Positions 60,643 through 64,000 of a DNA stretch of 64,000 nucleotides are shown one piece after another. This DNA comes from Callorhinchus milii (taxonomy: Eukaryota), in contig NW_024704752.1 in NCBI RefSeq assembly GCF_018977255.1, positions 18,104,001 to 18,168,000 of the forward strand, in the 5' to 3' direction. The notes under the pieces were generated by a model. That model saw only the letters and a list, made by a program, of their open reading frames with translations. It did no database searches and was not told where the DNA came from. How positions within the stretch are numbered: the stretch's first letter is position 1; each line of letters opens with the position of its first letter. The translations under genes and the position numbers were made by a program.

Positions 60643-62979
60643 CAGGGTGGGTTCATTGGCCTACGGGCCGATTTCATCCAACCCCTCACTCCATTTCATC
60701 TGGCCCTCCCGCTCCTTCCATAACCCGTAAATGTTATGCTGTGTTTCTTGAAGGCAATTCAGATTATATACCTTTGTTCCTTATTTTTCTTACCTTTCTC
60801 CAATGTTCCGTAATTGTACTGCAATCAATTTGGAATGGCTTGGAGGAGGGCTTTGGCAATAATTTTCCAAAATGATAAAACCTATGAAAAAATACCTATT
60901 TAATTGATCAATCGTCTCATATAATGGCATCATTAGGATTGTACCCCGGCCTCATATCGAACTCTCAACTACTCAATTGTAATATGACGGAATCATCTAT
61001 ACGCTGAAGGCAACAATAGACTGAATTGCAAAATCAGATAGTATTTCACTGGTATTTTCAGCCACAATGTTTTTTTTCCCTTCCGGAACCTGAAATAAGA
61101 GCAATCCAAGTTTCTACCACTTGATTACAGCAAAATAAGCAAGCGCTGCCATTCCTGGACACTGCGTTTGTATTTTATATTAGCCTCGGAATAATACGAG
61201 TGCCATCAGAAAAAGTTTCAATGGGAAAACAAGGTGTTCCATTTTGTCTAAAGAAGATCAGGAACAATCTGTGACTGTCACTCTGTGTTATCTGTTTACT
61301 TCCTCCTCTCCTGCATCCCCTAATTTCTGCTAATGCATCAATGCCAATGCTGGGAAGATTAAGGCACAAAATAGTGAGGCTTGGCTGCTACAAAAGACAG
61401 TATTTGTTAGTTTGCTTCGTCTGTGTTTCAAATCTCCGATCCAATCAATACACTTAATCTTTCAAGCACTTACACGTCCTTTGGAAATTCAGTTAAAAGG
61501 TAACATCTATCTTACATCAAGCTATTCGAATTTCTTGCATTACTTTCTTTCCCCTCCTTCAATTACAACTCATCTATTTCTGCTCATGCCCATTAGTTCC
61601 ATCCACTTTGTTTCAATCAGAAGGGAGTGAAGCAGGCTGTTGCCTTTCTCTGCTCTCTGCACCAATGTCATTGTATTATCAGATGATGGAAGCCATGTTA
61701 GAAGTGGAGCGAGATGGGAAATATCCTTTCTTCCCCACCTCTTTCCAGTTGCCAAGGAGTCTCGCTGTGAAGTGACAAAATTACACAGGTCCCAATTAAA
61801 GATGTAGATTAAAGTGTCAAGCAGCATAGACCTCTAACCTTTGAGTTGTGAAACAAACCACTTCTTCTCAGCAAGTGGATTGTCCCTGTGATCCTGCTCA
61901 ATCGACTACCAATCCCTTAGTGGGACAGGTTCAATGAAATATGATTTTTTAATTGCTGATGCAAATGCTAAAAAGTTTAAATACAGGTTACAGTGAACAG
62001 AGTGTAAGACGCATCAATTTTAGGAAACTCTTAACGAGTTCAAATTTAACACTAGAAAAAAGAATAATAGCAGCTCAGATCAGATTAGTCTGCAAGGCAC
62101 CACGGTGAAATGGAATTTGATCTCAATGAGTCTTCCTGAAGAACAAAAAGATTCTTTCAGAAGAGTAACTAGAATTTTAACTACTATAACTAGCATTGCT
62201 CCTATTGTTCAGTCAAGTTCCTAACACTATCTTGGAAATTTGGGGATTGTGCTAGTTGAACATCATTAAGAGGGAAAGTATCTTTAACAACTGTTCCAAA
62301 TGTTTTTTTGAACAGAGCTATTCTGAGAGGGAGAGATAAGGTTATTACATACATAAAGTGTTGAGATAAAATGGATTGTACTCCCAAAACTATTCAGTGA
62401 CAAAATATGCAGGAACTTTCATTGCCAGAAAGTTAGATCCCTATTTAATAGGCTTCCCGAAGGAACAGTTCACTTTGTTTGGATCTGTCCAATTACTAAG
62501 TACATTTTGCCTCTATAATAAAGAGAAACAGCTCAAGTTGCATAACCTATTTAACAGTGGAGGAGTATATTTACATCCTATCAATTAGATACTATGGAAG
62601 GTGCTGACTGCAGGCATTTCATTGTTTCCTGCTACAGAAAGCAATGTATTTTTGGCCAAACTCCCTGAACAAGCAATGCAGGAGACATATATATTTGATA
62701 AAATAAGAATGGATGGACATAATGGTCTTTTTTACATTCCAGGAAAAAAACTCTGTAACATGTTTAGTGTACATTCGTTTTACAATGAATCCATAAACAG
62801 CCGTTTATTAAACTAGAAGCTTAGGTGTTTTTTTGAATCTCTTTATATAGCTCCATTAGCTTGGAAGTAATTTTAGTTTTCTGACTTAGATCATAAGATA
62901 TGAATCTGTACTTTTCTATTCAAAGACAAATATGTATTTCTCCATTCTTACCTAAAATGTCACCTAGTCTTATTATTCA

Positions 62980-63412
62980 ACAATAATAACCCTGGCATTT
63001 GATATAGTATCTTATATTGTTAAGACATTGCAAAGTTCTTCACAAGATTTTCCTGTGAAGTTCAGTGACTGTGTATTTGTAGGCAAATTTGGCAGCCAAT
63101 TTTCACACAGAGGTGTCCCACAAACAGCCAATAAAATGCTTGACCAATTTTATTTGAGGGATTATTGGCCAGGATACTGGGAGACACAAAAACTCGCTTC
63201 TATTTCCGAGCAGTGTCATGAGCTCATTTACATCCATCTGAACAGATAAAGAGGACTTGGATTTAACAAATGCATTTATCCAATGCACGTCAACTCCAAC
63301 AATGCATCTGTTCACTAGGACTGCACATGAGTGACACTATTCTAGACTGTGAACTCAAGACCCGACATGGGGCTTGAACCCAAAACCCTTTCTCCCAAGA
63401 GGTAAGAATGCT
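62980..63412 (-). mobile_element. SINE family B, near full-length, degenerate
   Basis: Tail GCATTTGATATAG; GTCCCACAAACAGC; TTGGCCAGGATACTGG; head GGGGCTTGAACCC..AGAGGTAAGAATGCT. Confidence 0.88.
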
Positions 63413-64000
63413 GATCTAATTTTTTGTTTTGTTTAATCCAGATGTTTGTATCATGGTACCCATTATGCTTCTTGAAGTTATATGAAAAACACAATGATTA
63501 TATCAGCTTTTTTCACTCCAGTGGGTGAAGTGAGAGTAAAATTACAATGTATAGCTTTCTGTTGAAGACTTTTAATCTAATTGTCATCCAATAATATTTG
63601 CCATAGCTTTTAAGAACTATCACGTAAAAGCATCTAACAAAACCAACTCTCAAAGGATTCAGCAAAGTGCTGTGTGACTGTTCATCGTTGTTTTATAATG
63701 GTATGTAAAGCATCCCGGATACACACACTTTAATGCTGAACAGCTAACAAACTGTCGTGGGAATTTACTACTTCAGCTATCCGTGATCAATCTGTACCCT
63801 CACCCTGTCTACAAGCAATGCAGAGCCAGGTTTTTAGTATTAATCAATCTCTGGAAGGATCGTGCAGTCAGGTGCGAAAACATAAGAATTCAGCATACTT
63901 ATGGAACAGCTCAGTCCTTAATAAAGGATAGGGGTGCTTAATTAGGAGATACTAAATACTTCAAAACTTTAATGGGGTATTGATCAAAATAAATCCAGTT

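Overview
This is AT-rich eukaryotic DNA, almost certainly from a cartilaginous fish. The SINE/LINE repertoire looks like that of the elephant shark Callorhinchus milii; this comes from my recognition of the repeats, not from a search. I find no confidently supportable protein-coding gene, RNA gene, CRISPR array or prokaryotic system, and the ORF track is mostly chance ORFs or retroelement remnants. The window reads as a gene desert or a large intron. It contains: (1) about 30 copies or fragments of a tRNA-derived SINE with an L2-type tail ending in (ATT)n (family A); (2) about 10 older Deu-domain SINEs (family B); (3) many 5'-truncated LINE2 ends, the longest at 41995-42560; (4) CR1 fragments; (5) a probable R4/Dong (Rex6-like) fragment in a TAA repeat; (6) relics resembling LF-SINE and AmnSINE2. 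Repeat-free blocks rich in Hox/Pbx/Meis, ETS-IRF and nuclear-receptor motifs are candidate enhancers or conserved non-coding elements. A speculative chain of four minus-strand exon-like segments splices in frame. I cannot support a claim of a new biological system. Coordinates of degenerate repeats are approximate (about +/-10-20 nt), and family names are recalled from memory of consensus sequences.
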